DNA of 64,000 nucleotides. It comes from Patescibacteria group bacterium. Lineage in GTDB: Bacteria; Patescibacteriota; JACPGU01. Each line of letters opens with the position of its first letter. The first letter of the stretch is position 1. The notes under the pieces were generated by a model. It searched no databases. It worked only from the letters and a program-made list of their open reading frames with translations, and was not told the origin of the DNA. The position numbers were made by a program, and so were the translations under genes. Shown here piece by piece: positions 1 to 10,088 of this stretch. Location of the stretch: assembly GCA_022703645.1 (NCBI GenBank), contig JAKLDG010000001.1:733254-797253 (forward strand), written 5' to 3'.

Positions 1-209
1 TTTGTTCTTTTTCTAATAAACGGCGATGTAAAATAATATGGCACATAATAAACATCGATCTCTCTCCTGTTTAGAATTTTTGGAAGTTGAAATAGGTTGT
101 CAAAACTTAAAATACCAAATGGTAATATCAAAACCTTTACAGTCTTTTTTATATATCTCAAATAGAATAAAACAAAATCTTTCATTTCTTTATCATCAAA
201 AATCAACAT
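1..209 (-). CDS. Partial ORF of unknown function. The minus-strand frame is open from about 299 to the window edge (candidate ATG at 209-207). Translation reads ...MLIFDDKEMKDFVLFYLRYIKKTVKVLILPFG... and continues past coordinate 1.
   Basis: Manual translation of the minus strand across 1-300 shows an open frame running off the edge. It is not in the ORF track because it is truncated. Confidence 0.3.
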   Translation of the reverse strand, partial: MLIFDDKEMKDFVLFYLRYIKKTVKVLILPFGILSFDNLFQLPKILNRREIDVYYVPYYFTSPFIRKRT

Positions 210-332
210 ATAATCATTTTTTCTATCTGCACTCAAGACTTCTTTCAGAAATTCCAATACTACCCGCGATATTCCCGCTGGATTTTTATCTCTAATTATC
301 CGACAATCAAAAGCTATTAGCATATAAATTAA

Positions 333-1436
333 TTACGAATTTAAAATATTAAATATTTTTTTTGCAGAACTCTCCCAAGAAAATTTTTCTAATTGTTTAT
401 ATCCTTTTTGTATTAAATCTTCCCTTATATCTGAATTAATAATAATTCTTTCAATGGCAACTTTTATGCTTTCTATATCCTCCGCTACACAGTATAGCGC
501 AGCATCTCCACCAACTTCCCGCAATGAAGAATTATCAGCAGTTACCACAGGCACACCACACTTAAATGCTTCCAAAATAGGCATACCAAAACCTTCATAG
601 AAAGACGGGAAAACAAATAGTGAAGCACCACTATATAAACAAGACTTATCAAGTTCACTAACATACCCAGTAAAAACTACTTTGTCATTAAGGTTTAGCT
701 TTTCGACCGTTGAAAATATTTTATCATAATACCAACCCTTGCCTCCAGAAATAACCAGTTTATATTTATTTTGTAAATCGTCCGGAAGAATATTATAAGC
801 TTTAATAATTCCTTCAATATTTTTCCTTGGTTCTAGTGTCCCAACAAAAAATAAATAGCTTCCAAGAATTCCATATTTAGTCTTTACCTTCTCTATTTGT
901 TCATTGTCCGTAATTTTTTTGATATCTTCCGGACATCCAAGATAAACCACTTCCACTTTTTCTTGCGATATACCATAATATTCAATAATTTCTTTTTTAG
1001 CATTTTCGGAAATAGTAAGCACTTTATTGCTTCTTTTTACCGCAGAACCGACATATCTTTTTAAAAATTGAAGGTTTTTCTTTTCAGAAAATTGAGGGTA
1101 TTTTATATAAGAAAGATCGGGAATCAAAAGAATCCTCTTTTTTGTATTTACTGGAAAGTCTACAAAATTTGAGAAAAAAAAGGAATTTGTTTTACCAATT
1201 AAGATCCTCGCGGATGGAAAAAAAACATATTTCCATAAAAAATTAAATCCTCTTTGAATTATTCTGGGCAGCCTTAAAACCATTACGTTTTTTTCTTTAA
1301 TTCCAAAACCTTCCCCAAGAAAAAAGAACTTGATGTTTTTATCAAAACGAACTATATAAGGTAATATATTGTTTAGAATATATCCGACACCTGTTTTATT
1401 TTTTGTGGGTATTCGCGTATCAATTCCTATTATCAT
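333..1436 (-). CDS. Glycosyltransferase family 1 (GT4)
   Basis: GT-B fold motifs: GTLEPRKNIEGIIKAY, FVFPSFYEGFGMPILEAFKCGVPVV and the E-x7-E region. Confidence 0.85.
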   Translation of the reverse strand: MIIGIDTRIPTKNKTGVGYILNNILPYIVRFDKNIKFFFLGEGFGIKEKNVMVLRLPRIIQRGFNFLWKYVFFPSARILIGKTNSFFFSNFVDFPVNTKKRILLIPDLSYIKYPQFSEKKNLQFLKRYVGSAVKRSNKVLTISENAKKEIIEYYGISQEKVEVVYLGCPEDIKKITDNEQIEKVKTKYGILGSYLFFVGTLEPRKNIEGIIKAYNILPDDLQNKYKLVISGGKGWYYDKIFSTVEKLNLNDKVVFTGYVSELDKSCLYSGASLFVFPSFYEGFGMPILEAFKCGVPVVTADNSSLREVGGDAALYCVAEDIESIKVAIERIIINSDIREDLIQKGYKQLEKFSWESSAKKIFNILNS

Positions 1437-2596
1437 TTATCAAAAATCCCTTCTAAGTTTTTCATCATAACATCTAAGCTAAATTTTTCTTTAACTCTTC
1501 GCAGAGCATTACCCTCAATTTTTTGTTTCAATTTTTTATCCGATAATATTTTGGATAAGTAATCGGTAAGCTCTTTTTCGCTACCTGGCGTAAAAAGAAA
1601 ACCATTCACACCTCTTTCAATAATTTCTGGGATACCACCAATCTCACTAGCAACAACAATTTTCCCTACGGCCATTGCCTCAATAATTGCGATGCCAAAT
1701 GATTCTCTGACCTTCGAAGGCAAGACAAATACATCCAACATATTCAAAAAAAGTGGTATCTCATCTTTATTTTTAAATCCTAAAAAAATCACCCTCTTCT
1801 CAATTCCTAATGAGCGAACTAATCCTTCTAATCTGTTTTTTTCCGGACCATCTCCCGCCAACATAAGATAAAGATACTCGAACCGCCGAGATAAATTATA
1901 AAAAGAATTAATTAATGTATCTAAACCTTTCTCATTATGTAACCTTCCATCAAAACCAATGATTCGAGATTCTTTATAAAAACCCATTTTCTTTTTTTCA
2001 TTCTCAATTATCTTGAGATCAAATTCCTTAAACCTATCTAAATCAACTCCATTATAAATGACCTCTATCTTTCCCGGATCAATTTTTAAATCCTCCATAA
2101 TTTCATCTTTTACTGACTTAGAAATAACAATGATTTTATTAGTGTATCTCGATTTTTTAATATATGCTTTTTTAAAATAACTTTTTACAAGCCAAGGACG
2201 AATTGAAAGATGTTCAATCCAAAAAACTTTATAACCCAAAAGTCTGGCAACTCTCGTTGCAAATATTTTTTCATTCAAGCTTTGAAAAACTACAATATTT
2301 TTTCTGTCTTTTTTTCTATTAATAACAAATATAAAGAAAAACTGAATTATATTAATAGGTAACATTAGAAAATATAATGGTAGATATCTTTTCGCGCCCA
2401 CTTCATTACCCCAATAAATTTTCGTGCATTTTATTCCTTCTTTTCGTAATTGTTTTAAAAGCGGAACGTAATTAGAATAAAATTTCAATCTATAACCGAG
2501 CTCTTTAAGCTTTTTTCCAATAACAAAGTTGAACCCTTCCCCCCCACCAAGAGCTAATGAGAATTTAAAAATTACCACATTTGGTTTTTTACCCAT
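1433..2596 (-). CDS. Glycosyltransferase family 1 (GT4)
   Basis: Motifs RLHNEKGLDTLINSF and FVLPSKVRESFGIAIIEAMAVGKIVVASEIGGIPEII. It overlaps the upstream GT by 4 nt, so the two are probably one operon. Confidence 0.85.
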   Translation of the reverse strand: MGKKPNVVIFKFSLALGGGEGFNFVIGKKLKELGYRLKFYSNYVPLLKQLRKEGIKCTKIYWGNEVGAKRYLPLYFLMLPINIIQFFFIFVINRKKDRKNIVVFQSLNEKIFATRVARLLGYKVFWIEHLSIRPWLVKSYFKKAYIKKSRYTNKIIVISKSVKDEIMEDLKIDPGKIEVIYNGVDLDRFKEFDLKIIENEKKKMGFYKESRIIGFDGRLHNEKGLDTLINSFYNLSRRFEYLYLMLAGDGPEKNRLEGLVRSLGIEKRVIFLGFKNKDEIPLFLNMLDVFVLPSKVRESFGIAIIEAMAVGKIVVASEIGGIPEIIERGVNGFLFTPGSEKELTDYLSKILSDKKLKQKIEGNALRRVKEKFSLDVMMKNLEGIFDK

Positions 2597-2602
2597 TAAT
2601 GT

Positions 2603-4021
2603 TTATCTCCCTAATAATTTAAAAACCATTTCTTTTTTTACTCCACCAATAGCATATAATACTATAAGATAAATAAAAGCACCGAAAACTATAACGATAA
2701 ATAAATTCAACGATTTGCATAGATATAATGCGCCACCCATTACCAAGGAAGCAAAGAAGGATTTTAGAAATACATTAAACCGAGGTACAAGTTTTAAGTT
2801 TTTATAAACAATAATATATGCCGAAATACAAACAAAAAGTTCTGTAAAAACAGTTAAGAATGAAGATCCTATATAGGAGTAATAAGGGATTAACAAAAGA
2901 TTACCACAAATATTAATCAAAACACTAGTTATATATACCCAAACAAGTTTTTTTTGCAAACTCGAAGCTAAAATAAAATAATTAAAAATATTACTAAAAA
3001 ATATTATAAATACAGCAAAAATTAAAATTTGCAAAACCGTAATTGATGCTGTAAACTCTACACCCAAAACTAATATAACAAGAGGACGGGCAATAAACAA
3101 TATACCAACCAATATAGGAAAAACCATTATCGACATAAAATCAAAAGAAGTATGAAAACTGTTTACAAAACGAGAGTCACCGTCTTTTAGATATTTTGCT
3201 GCCAGTGGAAATACTGATCCCATAAACATTGCTGGAATCGTAATTAGAATTTCTAAAATTTTGTAAGGTGCACCATAGATACCAACAGCATTACTGTCTT
3301 TCATTATAGAAAGCATAATTGTGTCAATTTTAAAATATATTAAACCTAAAACAATAATTATCCCTAAAGGAATCGCCTCTTTTAATATATGCGCACAATA
3401 TTTTTTATCAAATTTTAGTTTAAAAGAAAAAAATCTTTTAGACATTATATATGAAGCTAAAAACATAACTAAGTTTGCGATAACATTTGCTAAAATAAAA
3501 TATTCAAGTGAAAGCTTCATGTTTATAGAAACCATAACCATAATAAATAGAGTAATTCTTCCTATAACATCGCTGATAACCATTTTATCCATACGTAATT
3601 TAACTTGGAATATACTAACAAAAAGCTGATTGCATAAAACAAATAAACTGAAAAAAGATCCTATGAATATACTAAGTTTCACAGAAGCACTATAGGCAGG
3701 CACAAGATAACCAACCACAGATGCTACAACCAAAAAAATAATGGCAAAAAATATTCTCAACGTAAAAATGTTCCCCATTATTTTTTCCGAATCATCAGGA
3801 TTTTTTGCCATTTCCCTCACTGCAACAGTAAAAAAACCCATATCTGCAATAATGGAAAAAAATCCTAGAAAAGCAAAAACGGTCGTGTAATCACCATATC
3901 CATTCACACCAAGATAACGCGCAAGATACGCTAGCATAACAACTGAAATAACAGTCGTGATAGCTTTGCCAATTACTTGGATAATCGTATTTAAAGCAAC
4001 CCTCCGAGTATAATTTGCCAT
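2603..4021 (-). CDS. Polysaccharide biosynthesis flippase (Wzx-like, MOP superfamily)
   Basis: 472 aa with about 12-14 predicted TM helices. N-terminus MANYTRRVALNTIIQVIGKAITTVISVVMLAYLARYLGVNGYGDY is typical of Wzx/polysaccharide biosynthesis protein family C-type flippases. Confidence 0.7.
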   Translation of the reverse strand: MANYTRRVALNTIIQVIGKAITTVISVVMLAYLARYLGVNGYGDYTTVFAFLGFFSIIADMGFFTVAVREMAKNPDDSEKIMGNIFTLRIFFAIIFLVVASVVGYLVPAYSASVKLSIFIGSFFSLFVLCNQLFVSIFQVKLRMDKMVISDVIGRITLFIMVMVSINMKLSLEYFILANVIANLVMFLASYIMSKRFFSFKLKFDKKYCAHILKEAIPLGIIIVLGLIYFKIDTIMLSIMKDSNAVGIYGAPYKILEILITIPAMFMGSVFPLAAKYLKDGDSRFVNSFHTSFDFMSIMVFPILVGILFIARPLVILVLGVEFTASITVLQILIFAVFIIFFSNIFNYFILASSLQKKLVWVYITSVLINICGNLLLIPYYSYIGSSFLTVFTELFVCISAYIIVYKNLKLVPRFNVFLKSFFASLVMGGALYLCKSLNLFIVIVFGAFIYLIVLYAIGGVKKEMVFKLLGR

Positions 4022-4024
4022 AGA

Positions 4025-4684
4025 TTATTTACGAATTAAAATTTTTTTTATTAAACGAAGAAGATTTGATAAAATAGGAATACTCATAATAAATTTCCTT
4101 ACCTGTAATTTTAAAGGGTATTTCTTTTTTATTTTTGAAACATCCTCCTTTGAACCGATATAAACAATATTATTTGCATCATCATAACGAAAATAGTGAT
4201 CACCAAATTTTGACAATTCCTTTTTCGACCAATTTGCCCTGTGCGTTTCATATGTATTTTTGAAGGCATCTTCTTGTAACCCAATATCTTTCGGAATAGA
4301 AATAAGAACACCTCTATTATTTTTTAATATCTTTTTTATTAAATCTACACCTTGCTCTTTTTCGAAATGTTCCAAAACATCTATTAGCAAAACGAGGTCA
4401 TAGTTAAGTTCATTGCGATCAAGTATTTCCGCAGCATTACCTATATACATATTGTCATATACAAAATCGTGAACAGGGGTTAAGTATTCTGGAAAGGCTT
4501 CAATACCATCGACTCTTCTTAAAAACTTTTTATATTCTTCTCTGCCATCCCAAAGCTCAAGATATTCTCGACATAAAAAACCATATTTACCAAAACCCAC
4601 CCCTACATCTAAAACTGATTGAGGATTGAGATTTATTATGATATCCAATATTTTCGAAACCTGATTATGATGACTTGAAGGCAT
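4025..4684 (-). CDS. Class I SAM-dependent methyltransferase
   Basis: Motif I VLDVGVGFGKYG and post-I/II motif LVLLIDVLEHF. Confidence 0.7.
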   Translation of the reverse strand: MPSSHHNQVSKILDIIINLNPQSVLDVGVGFGKYGFLCREYLELWDGREEYKKFLRRVDGIEAFPEYLTPVHDFVYDNMYIGNAAEILDRNELNYDLVLLIDVLEHFEKEQGVDLIKKILKNNRGVLISIPKDIGLQEDAFKNTYETHRANWSKKELSKFGDHYFRYDDANNIVYIGSKEDVSKIKKKYPLKLQVRKFIMSIPILSNLLRLIKKILIRK

Positions 4685-4741
4685 GTTTAAAATTACTAGT
4701 AATATAAATATATTTTAGCATAGAAAAGCGATAATTTCAAT

Positions 4742-6076
4742 TTATCTTGCTTCCTTATCCACTATGTTACCATGTATATATACGAGAGCAAAAAATATCA
4801 TCGCAAGTATCTGAGATTGTCTTATATCCCAGAAACAGTGGTCAAAAAACATATAAATAACCACCACGAAAAAAATACATTTTAAGTATAAAGGAACTTT
4901 TTTAATGTTGCGTCCTAATAAATATATAAATGATAAAAAACTAAGTAAGCCGAACCAGCCTATTTCAGCTAGAACTAAAAAATAGGTATTATGAGCTGGC
5001 TCAGCCATCCATAAAGGATAACCGGTTAAAAGATATGCTTCTTCAATAACAAAATTACCAATCCCGATACCTAGAAAATGGCTCTTTATCATGATCCATG
5101 CTTTTCCAAATATTATCATTCTATCGTTAAATGATTGCCAAAAGGTCTGATCAAAAGGATTTATTCTCCATAAAATTGCGGGGAAAATATAAGCGGCGAT
5201 AATGGCAACTAAAACTACAATTAATGAAAAATAAGGTAAAAGTTTTTTAAACTTTTTGGTATTGAACCTAATTTGTTTAAAAAACATAATTCCCCAAGTT
5301 ATAAATGTAAGCAGCCAAAGAACCCTCGAAAAAGTAAGCAATAACGCTATCGAAATAAATACCAAAAAAATAAAAATAAATATTTTATAGATTCTATCTT
5401 TGTAATTAAATAATAAGTGTAAGGCTATAATACCAGCCACAACCAAAAACAACGCCAATATATTGGGGTGTGAAAATGTCCCATAAGGCCTTATATGTTT
5501 TGCCGCTCCGAACATTATTTTTGCAACACCATCGATTTTTGAGGATAAAATCTGCTCACCGATTTTTGATAAACCAATCGAGCCATTTTTTATAAATTGT
5601 ATAATCGCAATAATACTTTGTAAAAACATTGCGAGAACAAAAGTGTTAAAAAATATAAATAAATTATTCTTATTTTTTAATCTATTTATTATAAAAAGAA
5701 AAAGACCATAAAGAATAACTAATATAAATATATAGTATAAACTAATCAACTTATCAGTACTATAAAAAATAGATGTCAGAGAAAAAACGATTATTCCCAA
5801 ATAAGACAAAGTTATCTTCCAATTACAAATGATGGGTTCCTCTTTTTTAAAAATAATTTCTATGACCCAAATAATGAATATAAGCAATAAGAAAAAATCA
5901 AAAACATACACTGAATAGGTAAGATAATCTATATATCTTCCGTCAAGAAAAGAAAAATCTGAGTAAATATTTAATTTTTTAAAAAAAGGAAGGCAAAATG
6001 TAAACAACAATAAAAATAATATGGATATATCCACCTTTCCAATATAATTAAAAATTTTAACAAATATATTCTTCAT
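4742..6076 (-). CDS. O-antigen ligase / polymerase-like integral membrane protein (Wzy_C-like)
   Basis: 444 aa, polytopic. A central loop carries GTFSHPNILALFLVV, resembling the O-antigen ligase family. It sits next to GT/flippase genes. Confidence 0.5.
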   Translation of the reverse strand: MKNIFVKIFNYIGKVDISILFLLLFTFCLPFFKKLNIYSDFSFLDGRYIDYLTYSVYVFDFFLLLIFIIWVIEIIFKKEEPIICNWKITLSYLGIIVFSLTSIFYSTDKLISLYYIFILVILYGLFLFIINRLKNKNNLFIFFNTFVLAMFLQSIIAIIQFIKNGSIGLSKIGEQILSSKIDGVAKIMFGAAKHIRPYGTFSHPNILALFLVVAGIIALHLLFNYKDRIYKIFIFIFLVFISIALLLTFSRVLWLLTFITWGIMFFKQIRFNTKKFKKLLPYFSLIVVLVAIIAAYIFPAILWRINPFDQTFWQSFNDRMIIFGKAWIMIKSHFLGIGIGNFVIEEAYLLTGYPLWMAEPAHNTYFLVLAEIGWFGLLSFLSFIYLLGRNIKKVPLYLKCIFFVVVIYMFFDHCFWDIRQSQILAMIFFALVYIHGNIVDKEAR

Positions 6077-6115
6077 GAATTTAATATTACTCTTTTTTCA
6101 ACAAAAATAAAACAA

Positions 6116-6150
6116 AAATCCGCTTTCAATTCTGATAGCGGATTTTTGTT
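6116..6150. terminator. Intrinsic terminator hairpin (aaatccgct...agcggattt) flanked by A/T tracts on both sides
   Basis: 9-bp inverted repeat with T-run on the plus strand and A-run upstream, so it can act bidirectionally. Confidence 0.6.
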
Positions 6151-6167
6151 TCAGAAGAATAAAGAAC

Positions 6168-6253
6168 TACTTCTTCTTTTTCTTAGCTGCTTTCTTTTTT
6201 ACAACTTTCTTAACAGCTTTCTTAACAACCTTCTTTTTCTTTTTTGCTGGCAT
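6168..6253 (-). CDS. 28-aa lysine-rich micro-ORF (MPAKKKKKVVKKAVKKVVKKKAAKKKKK)
   Basis: ATG preceded by AGGA at the correct spacing; terminator hairpin directly downstream. Below the ORF-track length cut-off. Confidence 0.3.
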
Positions 6254-6362
6254 TGTAGTTTCCTTACTAATATTTATTTTTATTTTTGTCTTACGCGATT
6301 TCGTAAGATATTACTACAAATATATAACTTTTAAATTTTATTGCAAGTACTTTTTTATAAAA

Positions 6363-7046
6363 TTAATTTCCTAAATTAAAAATATTTTTGAAAATATTTT
6401 TTTCATTTAGTTCATCTAGATTAAATGCATTTTCCAGGGTGAAATTACCCACCATTGTTCTTTTGAGATCCATTAGCACAGCTCCGGTTTTTAGTTTTTT
6501 GCCAATATCATGCGTTAACGAACGAATATATGTACCACTGCCACAATTTATTTTTAATTTAATATGTGGAAATTTATATGAGATTAAATTAATTTTATAA
6601 ATATTAACCTTATTTTTTTTCATTTTAACATCAACGCCTTTACGTGCTAATTCATATGCTCTTCTGCCCTCGATCTTTTTTGCGCTAAATATTGGGGGTG
6701 TTTGAAAAATCTCTCCTGTAAAAAATTTTAATATATTTTTTAATTCAAATCGCGTTGGAATTTTTTTTATGTTCTTTTTTTTAATATCTCCCTCCATATC
6801 ATATGTATTACTGGTTTTGCCCAGCTCAATATCTGCAATATATTGTTTATCGCTGTTTATTAAAGTTGAAATTTTTTTAGTAGCACTCCTTCCAACTGCA
6901 CAAATCAAAACACCAGTAGCCAAAGGGTCAAGAGTCCCACAATGCCCTACTTTTTTTATTCCGGTAACTTTTCTCAATTTTGCAACAACGCCAAAAGAAG
7001 TAATTCCCTTTGGCTTGTTAATAACAATAAAGCCTTCTTTTTTCAT
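6363..7046 (-). CDS. truB: tRNA pseudouridine(55) synthase TruB
   Basis: GFIVINKPKGITSFGVVAKLRKVTGIKKVGHCGTLDPLATGVL contains the catalytic Asp motif of TruB. Confidence 0.85.
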   Translation of the reverse strand: MKKEGFIVINKPKGITSFGVVAKLRKVTGIKKVGHCGTLDPLATGVLICAVGRSATKKISTLINSDKQYIADIELGKTSNTYDMEGDIKKKNIKKIPTRFELKNILKFFTGEIFQTPPIFSAKKIEGRRAYELARKGVDVKMKKNKVNIYKINLISYKFPHIKLKINCGSGTYIRSLTHDIGKKLKTGAVLMDLKRTMVGNFTLENAFNLDELNEKNIFKNIFNLGN

Positions 7047-7696
7047 TTCAGAGATCTTTTCTTTATAAGAAATTTTATTATTTTAGCACGTATAAATACG
7101 CCAACTGATGGAAATAATGAAACAACGACTATTAGAATTATTATAGGTAGAATATATCGATCAATATCCGGGACTATATTACCAAGGAAAAAACCAGCTA
7201 ATGTTACTAAAGATGACCAGAGAAAAGCGCCAATCACATCGAAAAATAAAAATTTTTTGTAGTCCATTTTACCCGCACCCGCAGAAAGAGGAGCCAAGGT
7301 ACGCACAAAAGGAATGAAACGTGCAAATAACATTGTTTTAATTCCGTGCTTCTTATAAAATTCTTCTGCTTTATCTAAATTTTCCTTTTTTAAAAATTTA
7401 TTCTTCCGCTCTTCTGTAAAAACTTTCTTACCAAGTTTATGCCCTAGATAATAGCCAAAATTATCGCCGAGAATTGCTCCGAAGAATATCAATGGTACAA
7501 GTACAAAAATATTTAAAAAACCTTGTGATGCTAAAAAGCCTGCCGTAAAAAGGAGGCTATCACCAGGTAACATAAACCCAACCATAATACCTGATTCAGC
7601 AAAAACAATACCAAAAATACCAAGATACCCCACAGTTTTAATTAATATAATCAAATTGTCACCACTAAAAATATCCATGGCATCATTATACCCCAA
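7043..7696 (-). CDS. DedA/SNARE-associated (VTT domain) membrane protein
   Basis: LGIFGIVFAESGIMVGFMLPGDSLLFTAGFLAS is the DedA signature. Confidence 0.8.
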   Translation of the reverse strand: MGYNDAMDIFSGDNLIILIKTVGYLGIFGIVFAESGIMVGFMLPGDSLLFTAGFLASQGFLNIFVLVPLIFFGAILGDNFGYYLGHKLGKKVFTEERKNKFLKKENLDKAEEFYKKHGIKTMLFARFIPFVRTLAPLSAGAGKMDYKKFLFFDVIGAFLWSSLVTLAGFFLGNIVPDIDRYILPIIILIVVVSLFPSVGVFIRAKIIKFLIKKRSLK

Positions 7697-7706
7697 AAAA
7701 ATAAAT

Positions 7707-8627
7707 TTATAAAGAACGCTTTTGGGATATTTTTTTATTTAAAACGCTTATATTATATTTGTATTTACTCATTGTAGCCCACACATCACCGTTTTTTTTA
7801 ATTTTTTGAAAAATATTTTCTATATTAAATTCTTGAGAATTAAATTTTTTCTTTATTAAATCGTCCCAACTAATTGGCGCTGCAATCGGCGCACCTTCTT
7901 TAAGCCTTACCGAATATGGCGCAACAGCTGTCTGCCCGTATGAATTACGAAGATAGTCAATAAATACTCTTCCTTTTCTTTTCTTTTTAGAAATCAGTGA
8001 GGTGAGCTGATCAGGAAAATCATTACTCAACATCTCAGCTACCTTTTTTGCAAATTTTCTTACTTTCCCAAAATTTATTTTACCGTCCAAGGGGATAACC
8101 ACATGCACACCACGGGATCCTGTTGTCATGAGAAAAGTTCGAACATCTATTCTGTCAAAAAATTCTTTAATTATAAAAGCAGCATTTCTAACTTTGTCAA
8201 AATTATTTGTCCTTTCTGGTGGATCAAGATCGAAAACTAGACGATCAGGATTTTTTAAATTATTTATTTTGCTATTCCAAATATGAAAAGTTATAAAACC
8301 TTCTTCAGCCAAGTACGCAGGAACTGCAAGATTATTACAAACAACATGTTCAACACTACCTCTAAATTTTTTTACAATAAAAGAGCCGACCCATGAAGGA
8401 AAATATTTCGGCCTGTGCTGCATATAAAAAATTTCTCCAGTTAGCCCATTTGGCGCCCTCATCATATTTATGGGACGACCGCTTATATAAGGAACCATCA
8501 GTACTGCAACTTTAACATAATAATCAATGAGATCTTTTTTGGTAATTTTATCCTTTGGAAAAAAAATCTTATCGAGTTTTGTACCATTAAAATTTTTTTT
8601 ACCAATTATATATTTTTTGTTTTTCAT
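7707..8627 (-). CDS. LigD-type NHEJ polymerase/primase domain protein (stand-alone PrimPol domain)
   Basis: GRPINMMRAPNG, LVFDLDP and TTGSRGVHVVIPL match the LigD Pol-domain catalytic motifs. 306 aa, with no ligase domain attached. Confidence 0.6.
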   Translation of the reverse strand: MKNKKYIIGKKNFNGTKLDKIFFPKDKITKKDLIDYYVKVAVLMVPYISGRPINMMRAPNGLTGEIFYMQHRPKYFPSWVGSFIVKKFRGSVEHVVCNNLAVPAYLAEEGFITFHIWNSKINNLKNPDRLVFDLDPPERTNNFDKVRNAAFIIKEFFDRIDVRTFLMTTGSRGVHVVIPLDGKINFGKVRKFAKKVAEMLSNDFPDQLTSLISKKKRKGRVFIDYLRNSYGQTAVAPYSVRLKEGAPIAAPISWDDLIKKKFNSQEFNIENIFQKIKKNGDVWATMSKYKYNISVLNKKISQKRSL

Positions 8628-8630
8628 TTA

Positions 8631-10067
8631 TTAAAAATCTAAATTTTCTACTTCTTCCATAACTTTCGTTACCTCATCAAGTGGAAGACTATAGATTTTG
8701 GAAAAAATTATCGCTGCTTGGTATACAACCATCGGCAATCCATTCTGAGTTTTTAATCCTCTCTCCTTTGCCATATGAATTAATGGCGTATCCTCACCTT
8801 CTTTTCTAAGTATTACATCTGTGATAATACAATCTCTAGATAAAGCATTAAATACCTTTTCCGACTCAGAAATATTTTTTGTGATATCCCCTTCAGCTTT
8901 CGCTAAAGCACAATAGTTTTGCATTTCGCCAATTTCACCTTTTCTTGAAACGTTAACAATAATATCGGCTCGCGCAGCTTTGAAAGCTATTGTATCCTCA
9001 CCACCAAACGCTACTCTTTCCGATTCTTGCAGTGAATAAAAACTATTAATATCTTTCACTAGTTCTTCAGCATTTGCAATCGTACGGTTTGCGATAAAAA
9101 TATTTGCACCCTTATCAATTAAAGCAAAAGCGATAGCATTCGCAGTCCCGCCAGCGCCAATCATTAATACTCTTTTACCTCGAATTACGTCACCATTTTT
9201 TTCTAATAATTTTTCCAACCCCTTAACATATCCTTCTCCATCCGTATTATACCCAATCAATTTTCCTTCCGCATTTTTTTTTACGTAATTTAAAGATTTT
9301 ATCGCCGCAACCTTATTATCTAATTCGTCAACAAATCGAAATGCTTTTTCTTTAAAACCAACTCCACATCCTCCACCCTGATATTTATCATCAATTTTCA
9401 AAACTTTTAATATATATTCAACATCATCTGGATTCGCTATCATCATAACATTTTTTGTATCAATACCAAAGTGCTTATAGGCGCTATTCCATAAGCGCGC
9501 TGTTCGCGCAGGATAGTCTTTTGCTAATAATGGTAGCGTATATTTATCAGCATTAATATCCTGAGGATTTTCCATTGGCGATTTAGCAATATTGAAAATG
9601 CCTGTACGAAGCAAATCCTCTGCGTTCTTCAAATCTTCAATATATTCAAATTTCACAGCAGTAACTATTTCATCTGCTTTGAAATCACTATACTTTGAAC
9701 GAATATAATCAAAGCATTCTTCTCCAGACTCACATTCCATCAAAAGAGATCTTAATTCCTCTCTTGAAAATTCAGAAAACTTTTTTGTAATACTGCCTGT
9801 TATAACAACAATTCTTTCTAATGAATCATCAAAGGAACTATCTTCACGTTGAAATTTTATTTTCACAAAACGACCTGGGATGTAACCACCTTTTGGATCT
9901 TCTGTATCCACAGACCTATCACCACGGCGCAGCGTACCCCATAACCTTCCTTTTTTAACTAAAGTAACATTTTCTACATCATTTGCATCAAATCCGAGCC
10001 AAGTTGCTGGTCTTGGACTTTGCGCTTGTCTTTCATTTTTTTCTATTTTTACATTTTGATCATCCAT
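8631..10067 (-). CDS. Shikimate/quinate dehydrogenase-family (AroE-like) protein with a ~175-aa N-terminal extension of unknown function
   Basis: GYNTDGEGY and the Rossmann motif VLMIGAGGTANAIAFAL lie in the C-terminal 300 aa. The N-terminal region has no recognisable motif. Confidence 0.55.
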   Translation of the reverse strand: MDDQNVKIEKNERQAQSPRPATWLGFDANDVENVTLVKKGRLWGTLRRGDRSVDTEDPKGGYIPGRFVKIKFQREDSSFDDSLERIVVITGSITKKFSEFSREELRSLLMECESGEECFDYIRSKYSDFKADEIVTAVKFEYIEDLKNAEDLLRTGIFNIAKSPMENPQDINADKYTLPLLAKDYPARTARLWNSAYKHFGIDTKNVMMIANPDDVEYILKVLKIDDKYQGGGCGVGFKEKAFRFVDELDNKVAAIKSLNYVKKNAEGKLIGYNTDGEGYVKGLEKLLEKNGDVIRGKRVLMIGAGGTANAIAFALIDKGANIFIANRTIANAEELVKDINSFYSLQESERVAFGGEDTIAFKAARADIIVNVSRKGEIGEMQNYCALAKAEGDITKNISESEKVFNALSRDCIITDVILRKEGEDTPLIHMAKERGLKTQNGLPMVVYQAAIIFSKIYSLPLDEVTKVMEEVENLDF

Positions 10068-10088
10068 AAAATATTTGTTACTCTTAAA

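Noticed and set aside
38-295. Plus-strand 85-aa ORF at the window start
   Set aside because: Lys/Phe/Leu-rich low-complexity product antisense to a better minus-strand frame that stays open to the window edge; likely spurious.
3321-3629. 102-aa plus-strand ORF inside the flippase gene
   Set aside because: Antisense to a well-supported membrane protein gene; AT-rich artefact.
4129-4311. 60-aa ORF nested in the SAM-methyltransferase gene
   Set aside because: Out-of-frame overlap with no RBS; spurious.
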